Made by a program: the position numbers and the translations under genes. The notes under the pieces are model-generated. The model was not told the DNA's origin, searched no databases, and saw only the letters and a program-made list of their open reading frames with translations. Of a stretch of 64,000 nucleotides of DNA, positions 49,810 through 61,022 are shown in pieces (within the stretch, counting starts at the first letter, position 1; every line of letters begins with the position of its first letter). The stretch spans positions 1 through 64,000 of the forward strand of contig LVLI01000185.1 of assembly GCA_001687465.1 (NCBI GenBank), read 5' to 3'. The stretch is from Halocafeteria seosinensis (taxonomy: Eukaryota).

Positions 49810-51932
49810 TTAGTTTGCCTCCACTTCCTCTGGATCTACTAGTAGTTTGCTCATGTACGGACCATCCAATTCATAGCCCAGCTTCCGGTAATAGTTCCTT
49901 GTCCCAATGCCCGATATCACAGCCAACTTATCACTGCCATGTTCATCACGTGCTAGTCTCTCTGCCTCTTCCATCAGCAACGTTCCAAAACCGCGATGCT
50001 GAAACTTGGCAGGATCTCGTGAGTGCACTGGAATGGCCGTTCCGTACACATGTAACTCGCGTACAATTGACACTCCTCCTAAGCCCCTTTCCCTCCAGTC
50101 CGGATCTAGTTGGAAAGCGGGATTAGGCTGTTGAGACGAACTCTTTCCCTCGGTCACTGTTTGACTCTTATCTCCAGCCCTTTTGCCTGGAAGTTTCTTA
50201 AGAGAAACATTCTTGCCGGACTTAGTCCCGGCACTAGTATCTTGATGTTGGCTAACTGGTTTCTTGGCAGGAAGTTTCAACTCAGGACGGAACGTTGCTG
50301 CTGAACACTTGCGTAGTCTTAATAGTCCAACAAGAATATCTTGTTGCGGATCTTCGTATGCAAGGAATGTTTCCCATCCTCCATTGGCTCGGTAATCTCT
50401 TCGAATCAATTCCACTTGATCGGGCCTCACGCGGTGATGGATATCCCTTATCCCCACTTCTCTTGTACGAACATCGCGGCAAGCGAGTCCCAAATCTCTC
50501 ATTCGAGCTAATGCTAGCTCGCGAAGATTTCCATGCTCAACGCCCGACGTCACCAGCGGCATAGGGATATCCCGCTGGATCCTGTACACACGTGTCCATG
50601 GAGGTACCATGGCAAGCATTCGAGCAACAAGGTCAACAAGTGTCTCCGGAGGGTAATTTTTATACGCGCCAGTCTTCCACAATTCGTAAAGTCCTGTTCC
50701 TCGAATCACCAATGTAGGATACAGCTTCAAACCGTCCGAACGGAAGTCAGGGTTTTCAAAGAATTCTGCGCGTATATCGTACCACCACAAGTACATTAAG
50801 TTGAATAGCCTTGGAAAATGTCTCAACATGGATCCTACTAACCTCGAAAACCTTCAAGGTCGCGTTCCCATCCCATATTCGGCAGATCCGGCATCAGGTG
50901 CGCCACGACCTTGTAGCCACAGTCTTTCGCTAAATGGAACGAATGGCAGACAGCAGCAATAGTATGACCCCTGCAACAGCATCGCATAATTCCAGCTTCC
51001 GACTCAATTGGTTTGAAACTCTTCTGCGCACCGAACTTACCGATTCGTATCACGAGCTACATCTTCGTAGATGCTCTGTACTCCCACTTCTATTCGAGTG
51101 CATCCATAGCTTAACATACTGTTCAAATGCGGTTTCAAACAATAGTCCGGACGCGTTTCAATGGTAATACCAATGCACTTGGAATTGCTTTGCTCCGAAT
51201 ATTGAATGGCTTCCTCAACGCTGTTGGACGAGTGGCCACTCAAGGCATCATGCAAACTACGTATAAAGTAATCACGATACTTATGATCCATAGATAGGAA
51301 TGTTCCACCCATGACGATGAATTCTACCTTGTCAACACTGTGTCCTAGGGATTTCAGTTGCTCTACTCTGTCTCGCGTTTGCAAGTAGGGGTCATACCGA
51401 CTCCGTATAGCTCTCATGGAGGTGGGTTCATAGCCAGTGTATGCTTGCGTGCTGTACTCAAAGTCGGAATCTGGGCCACCTGGGCAGTATACACAGACGT
51501 TTCCGGTGAAGTCAATATGAGGGCATCTATGAGGCTTGCACATGACAGCCACCACTGCAATTCCTGACGCCGTCCGAACAGGTTTCGACTTCAAGAATGG
51601 TTTCAATTTCGGTCGGTATTCATCCGGAACCGCAGCAATGATGTCCACAAGTTTGGGCGTCGTGGCGAGTTTATACTTCCTCGATACGCTCTGCTTTACC
51701 TTGGTAATATTCACGGGAGATTTGTTTTCGTAGGCCTGCAGCCTCCGTCCGACACACGCGTATTAGCTAGCACACATACATTCGGAGAGGTAGGGACGAC
51801 GCCATCCTCCATACATACCTTGACGAGCTCATTCACCACATCGGTGACGCCTTTGATATAGGCCTCTTGGTCCACATCTGTGCAGCACACATGAGGTAAA
51901 TGAACCTGGAACGTGTGGTACATGGATGGCAT
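49810..51932 (-). CDS. ELP3: Elongator complex protein 3 (radical SAM + acetyltransferase)
   Basis: [64 protein letters not shown] and [16 protein letters not shown]. Confidence 0.98.
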
Positions 51933-52077
51933 TCATTTTCTTACTTTGTTTTGTTAAAGTCGGCATTGTTTCTCACAAACAGCAAACTTGTCCTATTTTT
52001 TATTTTTATTTTCTTTTATTTGTATCATGCTCCATCAAGCATAATAAATCTGGTGGACAGTCAATACAGCGTCAAGA

Positions 52078-55000
52078 ATGGGCAATGCTGATTCCAAGCA
52101 GCGCCGTAGCGGAGGAGGAGGAGACGCAGCCTCCTCTCCTTCCTCCCCTCATGGACATGTAGGCGGCATACAAGGCGTAGCTGTATGTCCTTGGTCATCT
52201 CTTCTCTCTGTGTGTGTGTGTCGTGGCAATGATAATCAAAGGACTTGAACTTGGTGCAGGTCTCCCCTATGGAACACAGTCTGCAGAGGCATTTACAGCA
52301 ATTCTCTTCGACGGCTGGTATACACAACAGTACGTTGCTTCTTTCTTTGGTGTGCCCTTCATATTGACGCCTCTGGGAAAGGAGAAAAGAAAAAAAAAAG
52401 CTACCTATGGTGCAGTGAAAATCGTGATCCGCGGCACTCGCGGTTCGGGGAAGACAACTTTGGTCCATCGTCTTCAAGGGAAACCATTTGTACAAGAATA
52501 CAACCCCACTCATGAAATCAGTTCGGCGCAAATTGAATGGAATTACCGAGCTTCCGATGAAATGGTCAAGGTGAGTGCGCACATGTTCTTTTTGACCTCG
52601 GCAAAGAAGACGATGCGGAAGATACCGCTGCACAATATCTTTTTCTCTTCTGATGGGGACGTGCTGCAGATGGAAATATGGGATGTCGTGGATAAGGCAG
52701 TGAATGAGTATGAGGCGTTGAAACTTACAGGATTACCTGAGGATGCCCCTAGTGGAGTTTGGGAGTCCGCCAAGCGGGCGGCTAAGAACAGACAAGCCAG
52801 CGAAAAATACGGTACGTGCATTCTTTATTTCCCTATCCTCAAACGCTCGTTTGGTATGATGGCGTGTATTGGCTTTTGCTCCAGCCCCTGCTGATGCTGA
52901 AACTGTGGATGTATATAGAGGTGCCGATGCTGCGGTAGTATTGTATGATTGCACCGATCGTGAATCATTCAATAAAGTTAAAGAATACATCCGCGGGATG
53001 CCGAAAGAATTACCGGCGTTAATTTTGGCTAACAAAAGGGACTTGCCTGATAGTGAAGTAAGTTTCCGTAAGCACCTTCTCAATACCTCAAGGGAGGTCG
53101 TTCTGTTTTACGTCGATATCATTTCTCCTTGCAGCGGCTCGTTAGTTTGGATGAAGCGACGGCAGTGGCACAGGAAGCATCGAAAGCTCATATACGACGC
53201 CTTGGTGGCGAGCGGGTCGTCGCGTTTGAGACCAGCCTTAAGGATTGCTTTGGCTTAAAGGTTCTGTATAATTATTTCAATATCCCATTTCTGGAAACTA
53301 AAGTAAGTTAAGCAGTGAGATGGAGACAGTTCAGAGTCGGACAATTTTTTTCTCTTTGCTTGTTCATATGCTCAGCTGGATGTACTCGAGTCGCTAATGC
53401 AAGACATGCGGAAGGACCTGACAACTGTGCGAGAAGAAGTGCAATGCTACATCGATAACTTGGACTATGATAGTCATCTGCGATGGCTGGAGGCCACTAA
53501 GAACCCTGGGAAGGTCAGGACGGAAGATAGCTTCGCCGAAGATTTGGAAGAATACGAGAAAACAAAAGCAGCACTGCAAGAAAGAGATGCACTGCATGAG
53601 GATAACAACGCAGGTCGATCCAAGAAAGATCGACAAAGAGATGTGGAGGAGGAGACTCACAAGTCGAGGAGATTCAGAGTATCTTACGACGAAGAAGAAC
53701 AAGCCAGCAAGAAAAAGAAGAAAAAGAAAACGAAACGAAGCAAGGAAGATTCTTCCAAGAAACGAACAAAAAAATCTTCGTCGCAAGAAAACAAAGGGGG
53801 CGAAAGCGTTGATCAAGGCCCAGAACAGCTCCCTCGCAAAGGGTATTTGGAATCCCCTGACGAGGCGGCGAAGAATGCCGAAAAAAACGATGCTTTGGAT
53901 ATAGCTCCCCCTAAACCTGCTGCTTCCTCAGAACTGGATGATTTCTTCTCTAGCGACGAAGAGGATGCTTCACCTCCTGCTGCCCAGCCCAGTAGCATTC
54001 CAAGAAGCCGAACTTCATCTAGAGACCGTGCCATTTCAAAGGGTGAAACCGAACATAACGAAGAGGACAATGAGAATGCCGGTGAAAAGGGAAGCTCTGA
54101 TGATGACGATGATAATGATGCAGACTTTAGTGGTGTTGAAGTTCCTCCAGAGAAGCCAATGTATGAGAGCGACTCAGACTCTGATACGAACCGTGACGCT
54201 GGTCAGAGCGAACAAGAAGTGTTGACATCTCGACAGGAAGATACGCACCGCGTCGACACCGTTAAAAACGAGATCCAAAGAGGAGAGGATGAGGAAGGAG
54301 AAAAGGGAGAAAGCATCCATGGTTATGCAGAGAATTCGAAGCCCTACGCTGTGCCTACTCTCGATGAGGGTACGGATAACGAACGGGCAGCAGATGAAGC
54401 GTCATATTTTCCGCAGAAACCGAGCTCTCATAATGTCGCATCAGAGAACAGCCAAGCAATTCAGTCAATGTTTGGAGACTTGGACATAGAAGACGACTTT
54501 CATAGCGAACAAGGGGTTGAAAAAGAGGCAACTTCGGAGGGTGCCGAAGGAGGGGATATCGAAGAACATGACGCATTAAAAGGTGAAAGCAGAGACACGG
54601 ACAGAAATGAAGCTGCAAAGGAGGAAATTTCAGACTCTGGTGAGGTTGTGCAGACTGAAGAAGAAAGCGAAGAGCACAACGTCGACTTTGGAGAGAACAG
54701 GGAGTTCACCTATGCCACTAGAAGCGAAGCTGAACTGACATCTACGGTTCAACATGATTCACACAACAGGGTGAAAACAAGTGAAGTTCCTGAGAACGCT
54801 GGAGAAACCCTCGCTGAGGACGACCACGATGAATTTGAGCCGCCCAAGACCCTTATCAAAGAAGAAGACAACCTCGGTGAATTCCTTGATAGTGAAGATG
54901 AAGATAATGGTGCTGCTCAGTCATCTGGGGCTACCTATCAAGGGAACGAAGATACCGACGAGGTGGATTTTAAACCTCCACTGTCGGGAGGTAACAACCT

Positions 55001-55292
55001 CGACGATTTTCTAGGCAGCGAGGACGACGGTGATGAAGGTTACTATCCACACACGTCGGTCCCGGCTGAATCCGAAGAGGAACTCGTGTACAGGGAAAAG
55101 CAGCCAGGGGAGGGGTCGACCAGCGCTTCTACCACCACAGCTGCCGCTACCTCTGAAACAGTTCAAGAAGCGTTGAAGCGAGCCCAACAAGAATGGACGG
55201 ACTCGGAAGGTAAGACAAAGACGAAGAAGAAGGGAAAGAAGTCGAAGAATAAGAGGTCAAAGAGTCAAAAGGCGAACAGTCAAGAGTTGTAG
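52078..55292 (+). CDS. RABL6: Rab-like protein 6 (RABL6/PARF-type GTPase) with very long acidic tail
   Basis: KIVIRGTRGSGKTTL, EYNPTHEISSAQIEWNY, EIWDVVDK, DAETVDVYRG, ANKRD and FGLKVLYNYFNIPFL are family-typical. Confidence 0.88.
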
Positions 55293-55604
55293 TGAGTGAA
55301 AAAGCAGGATCCTATATGCTGATATCCATTCGAAGTTATGTGCCACTAGAAGCACATTTGTTACCCACCTTGTCCAATAAGAACTGGTTTGATTATATAC
55401 GAAAAATAATTAGCCCACCGCATGCTACCATCTAATTTGTTCCATAGTTTAAGGGTGGCAGCGTAGTGCCCCCGTCCTGCAACCGTCCAGTGCAATATAC
55501 TACTTGAAGCCGATCCAGGAACGTACCACCACGCAGGAAGGGCAAGAGCCGTAGTTCTTTTCTCCGAGTGCGACTGTCTCTACCCAACCTTGCTTTCCTT
55601 AGGG

Positions 55605-56670
55605 TTACCTTAATGGGTTTTCTTGTTGAGGATCATTTGGTGATGACTGTTTAAAGGATGATCTGGATGAGCGTCCTCCTCTTCTTCCCTTCCCTCTACC
55701 TCTGCCACGTGAGGGCGCGTTACCGAAATTCTGTGGCGTTATATCGGGATTCGTAATTGTTGGATTTATTCTGTTTGGGACTCCACCTGCAGCAAAAGAG
55801 CTTCTAAGCGGCGATGCTGACATTGCCGGAAAATTTATCGTATCGGCTCCAGGGATGTTTCTGAAGCAAGCTGCTGTTAACTGCTCGACAAACACGTTGA
55901 GATTGCCCTGAGGTACGAGCAGAAATGTACGTATTCCAAGACATGTCCTTCGCTTCAAATCAATTTGGCAAGCATCCCCTGTTGGCATAACCCCATTGTG
56001 TATCCTGTAATCTGCGATGCTAGGATGTAGACCTCCACACGCCCGGATCGATTCGGCTTTGCAAATATCCACTCTCGATATACTTTCCAGAGGGATAATC
56101 CTCCACCCGTCGTATCCACACATTGAAAGCGTTTTATATCTCAGTCCCAGGTGGGAATCCGTAATGCTGCAAATTCGATTCACCCAACGTGAGTGCGTGC
56201 ATCGCACAACCAACACTCACTCTACGCCACCGCTTACCGTATGCCTGTTGGGTAATGAGGGCCGGTAGCGACGCAGGCGGCGCTTGCAAGGAGCCATAAA
56301 AGGTGGATAGCCTTTACATCACCTCCTGTACAAACGAACATGCAGGTATCTGGTTACACGAGACAATGACAATCGAGCACCTACCGTCCGAAGCTGGTCT
56401 TAACGCCAAGACTAGTGCCACCATTAAGAATACTGCCGCGAATAAATACCATTTCATTTCTACGATAGGCTGCGTCATAAGCCGAAAATTGTGCAGTTCG
56501 AATTGACTGAGGAACTGCTGCCGCGTAATCTTGGCTGGGAGCTCTGATTGGGACTGCTCCAGCACGTCGAATGAATCAGCATTGTCAGCATGTTGGCTCT
56601 GTTGGCTCGCCCAACTAGTTGAGTGCTGATGCTGAGACTCCTGCGGCTGTGTCTCAGGGTTATTATCCAT
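55605..56670 (-). CDS. Hypothetical single-TM protein, multi-exon
   Basis: Exon 1 carries a TM segment (WYLFAAVFLMVALVLAL). Later exons encode a PH-like stretch (CGYDGWRIIPLESISRVDI) and an RGRGRG tail. Confidence 0.55.
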
Positions 56671-57259
56671 GACTCACCAGGTGTATATAAGGGGGAAACG
56701 AAACATTAACAACTACCATCTACTGTAGCGTGGGTACAGCTGTTCAATAACGTCCGCTGCAAGGCAGTCACTGCCTGCAGTGCAGGCCAGTCGGAGGTGT
56801 AGATTCTTGAAGATGTACATAAATAGGAGGAATGTCTAGCGCCAGTGCCTACATGACATCTCATGGATACTATTGTAATGCATATGCTTTATCTTGACAC
56901 ACCACATCTCTTGCAGGAGTACCTTATACCCATAGAGAATCTTGGCAGAGGAACTGCGTCTGTAACGACGCCACTTGAGAGATAGGCCACAAGGCACAGA
57001 AAGAGAAATACACAGTGCATTCGAACATGTATGCTGCTTTGTATACTAAATCATATCTCTATGGTCGTGGATAGTAAAACCCCCTTTTTATCATTCTTGG
57101 AGAGGGAAGTCGTCACAGAGTGTGTGAGGCACGGAAGGCTGTCCTGACGAGAAGCACATTATCTGTACTAGTAGATTCCGTAGACTCCGTAGCCTCCGTG
57201 GAAACGCAAACACCAGACCGTATGGCAGCACTGCCGTGCCATTTGGTTTCGATTCACAA

Positions 57260-60116
57260 TCAGCTCGGCCCAGGTATTAGACGCCTCGACGTCTGCTCAA
57301 TCTTGAATGACTTGGGCTTCCGGTTCAGCTGATGCATCGCCGAATGATATACAGGGCTGCATTTAGCATATTTATCGCTCCATCGTATATGATCTTGACT
57401 ATCTTGCCTTCTCTCGCTTCGCACTTGCGACAGACGGCTATTTGCCTCTAGCCTCTCTTTTCTCTGCAAATGCTCTTCATACCGCTCGGCAGTCTTACGA
57501 ATATTAACATCCACCACAGCATTGACCGTACTGGGGGTATTTTGCGGTCCCCTAATCGATATTGGTACATGCTCAACTTCTTCTCGTTTTCCGTCACTTA
57601 GATCCAAGAATGCCTTGAGCCCAAGGGAACCAGGAGTGCGTGGTTTACTGCGGAGAGCATTGTGAAACTTCTTGAATAACATGGATCGTTCCATATAGCT
57701 CTTAGCCCCAACGCTCGACCGAGCGGCCTTAGTGATGGGGGGAGAGTGGCCTCCACTGTTGCTTTCGCATGATAAATACGAGCCGGTTGATCGGCGCATC
57801 AACTTTTCCCCACTCGGCGTGCTGTTTGACGCATCCTCATTCTCCGGATCTCGTCCAAAACGAGAAGGAGAGGGTGCGGTAAAAAAGTTGCCGAAGCCTG
57901 ATTCAGTTGTTATACAGCGCAATGGTTCATTCTCATCCTCCGCGTCATTCTTATTCTTGCTTACATTGTAGCGCCTCATCGAGATCAGATAGATGTTCTT
58001 TTCCAGTTGCGGTTGTTGCAGTCCCATTCGCTTGTCAATTTGGCTGGTAAGAGCAACTCGACGCTTGTTCACATCACTCACTGGTAAAGGCTTTCGACCT
58101 GGACCTGGTTGCGGAGGAGAGAGTGTATATTCCGAATCCTTCTCTGGGACGATAGGCGGAGCTAAAGATTTTAGAGAAGCCGAGTCCCTAATGGGGACAC
58201 CATCCTTCTTGCGACATAGAGCTCCAGTGCCCAATATCCCTGCCGCCGTAAGGAGTGACGGAGATTCCTGATTCTTTAGTTTTGGCTGGTTAAATTCAAT
58301 TTTGACGTACTTCCCACAAGAATATACAACAACAGACTTATGCGAAGACTGCCCGTGATTCGATGTCTTCCTCTTTTCACTCATCACTTCCTTGCTCTGT
58401 TTGTCAGTTTCTATGGCTTGCTTCGAGCTATTTCCGTTTCGTGGGGTACCATATACTCGCCGTTTTAGGCTACGCACCGCCTCATCTACCAAGACATCGT
58501 TTCTGGCAGCTTTCTGGAGTTTGCTCTTCCGCTCTGCTTTCCGGAAACTGGAAACACTAGAGGGATTATTGAAAAAAGCCCCATATGGCTTATCCGTTGC
58601 TCCCAGCGTCTCGACGAATTTTGAATGGAGGTATCTGGTGGCTGACTTCGTCCTCATTCGATTCAGCTCTAAGCCTGTTAACTGCTGTGAAGCGAGCTTC
58701 GAATGCAGTTCATCTAATTCTGCCGAGGAAGGCTCACCCTCCGCAAAGTCAAACAACTCTTCCATTATGTCTTTTTTCTCGTCCAGTGTTGAAGAGTCTT
58801 TTCCTTCTTTGTGGTCACCGATAGCCAGGAGATGCAACAGTTGCTTCGTTTCCAAAACTATTGCCTCAACAACTGACGTAGCTACCAAATTCGCTCGATA
58901 TAAGTGGCCATTTACTATTTCATAAGCTCCAAATATTGAACCTGACTCAAGTTGCTGCACTAATAATCTTTGTGCCGTCACTATTTCGGCGACTTCCCGC
59001 TCTTCCAGGTAGCCCTTCTTGCACTGCTCTTCCTCTTCTCCAGTACTAACACTTCTACTCTTCTCGGTGTTCGGAAAATTATGGTATCGCACTGCATTCA
59101 ATCGGTCTACGTAATCAATATCGGTGTCCTCACAGTCTGTTCCCCAACGCAGTGGGACTGATATCGGTTTATTTTGCTGCATCATTTCTGCTAAATATTG
59201 GGATTTTGCTCGTCCACGTGCTGCGCGAGCAATGTCGCTCACTCTCGCTGAAGGCAATACAAATTTTAGAGTCGTAAACACGTCCCGTTGTACTTCGCAC
59301 CTCCCTCTGCGGATAATGTACAGTTCCTGTGGGGGGCTATCCTGATGCACAATTACCTGCCCTGGTTGATACAAGCGCTGGCTCATTACTCCAAAGAGTC
59401 TTAACAGGCGCAGTCTCGAACAGCCTTTGAATAAGTGTAATTTCGACAAGAAGTCAACGACATCCCATGTAATCTGTTCGCGAAAAGGCGTCGATGCCAC
59501 TTCGAAGTCAGATGCGGTAATATAAAGGAGTTCAGTCTGATTTCCTTTATACATTGAGGTCGCGATAGCAGTTACATTGTGATAGCTACTATGAATAATG
59601 TCCACCACGCCAAATGTATCGCCCGGTTCACACGTACAAATTGTTTCACCTCCTGCAACAATAGTAACTTGTCCACTAAAGACAATGTGCAACGTATCAT
59701 CTGCTCTGTCTATACCCTCCTGGAGTATGATATCACCAAAACCGAGTTTCTTGTACTGGACGAACTTTGCCAAAGCACGTAACCTTGCTGGTTGGAAATT
59801 ACTGAATGCATCGACGAACTGGAGCCACTCGGCGATCATATCTATATCTGTTGACGATCGATCCAGTGGATGCTTCCTGTGGAAAACATGTTGAGGCGTT
59901 CACTACGGGCTGAAATTTCAGGACACAGTAATCAGTTTTGGCAACATACGAGCAAAGTCTCTCCTGACGGGTCTTGACGTTGATCGCCTGGAAATCCTTT
60001 CGTTCAGTGATCCATCTGTAAAAGTACGCGCCACTATGAGCTCAGTTTCATCATAAGTAACAGGATGACTCATTCACGCACTTTAGTCGCTGGTTCGTTT
60101 CCGGGTCTTGCGCCAT
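57260..60116 (-). CDS. Cyclic-nucleotide-binding domain protein (two cNMP domains) with long disordered tail
   Basis: GDIILQEG...HIVFSGQV...GDTFG and GQVIVHQD...YIIRRGRCEV...GSIFG. Two short 5' exons from ATG 60116 (MAQDPETNQRLK|WITERKDF...LCS|KHPLDRSSTDIDMIAEWL) splice in frame. Confidence 0.85.
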
Positions 60117-61022
60117 TGTGACAGTGGTTTTCCTCGGAGTCGTCTATCACCTTTACGGAGCTCGAATGACTCGATTCAGCATCCAGTCGTAAATGCTCTG
60201 GCTAGCCACATGCGGACGGAAGTGAAATGTACCCAAAAGTACTCCTTGTTTGGCCACAATTCATCGATTTACGCGCAAGTTCAACGTAAGACAAAAGCAT
60301 GCTTTCCCTAAACGTTCACACTCGTACTTACACGTGCGTCTAAATATTATACTACTACAATGATTCGAATCGTCAGGCCTGTGTCTGTAGCGCTCCAACA
60401 ATTCGTGTATCCAGTTGTTGATCTTAGCCTTCAACAACGTGACAAAACTCAACTGGTGACCGAGAGAGAACAAGAATCAGAGACAGACTACGTGGGGTGA
60501 CGCTGAGACGAAAGTGATTAGTATGCAAGCTATAACAGTTATCAGTGCAATATGTGCGTGTAGTTTAGACACTAGAACTGGCTAGGACTCCTGTGGTACA
60601 ACACAACACTATGTAGAGTGCCAGTAAGAGTTTTAGTGGATTACACCACTGATCTACCTGTATTTCCTAGTTTGTGGAATCAAGAAAAAGTGGGAATGAC
60701 AGTTTTGAGAAAGCCAAAGCTACTATTCTAGTAAGAATCCAACTCCACCGTAATCTAGCACTCTTTCGAAACACCTAACACCTATGGACACACCAGAGTA
60801 GACAGAATGCTTCCGTTGTAGATACGAAAATCCCCGATGTTATCTTTCGCACCGATATTACTATGTGCTATTGCGGCGAAAAACTTAATAGCTCACCTGG
60901 CTGACAAGATTTTTTGTAGTCCTAGTCTATCCCGTCTCCCATTGAAACGTCGCTGCATATCGCTGCATTTGGAGCCAGTGAGTTCCGCAGATATTGCCTA
61001 AGATCGCATAGAAATCGGAAAA

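Noticed and set aside
56757..56780. Near-perfect palindrome CTGCAAGGCAGTCACTGCCTGCAG upstream of the 56670 gene
   Set aside because: A single short inverted repeat with no second copy or other support for function.
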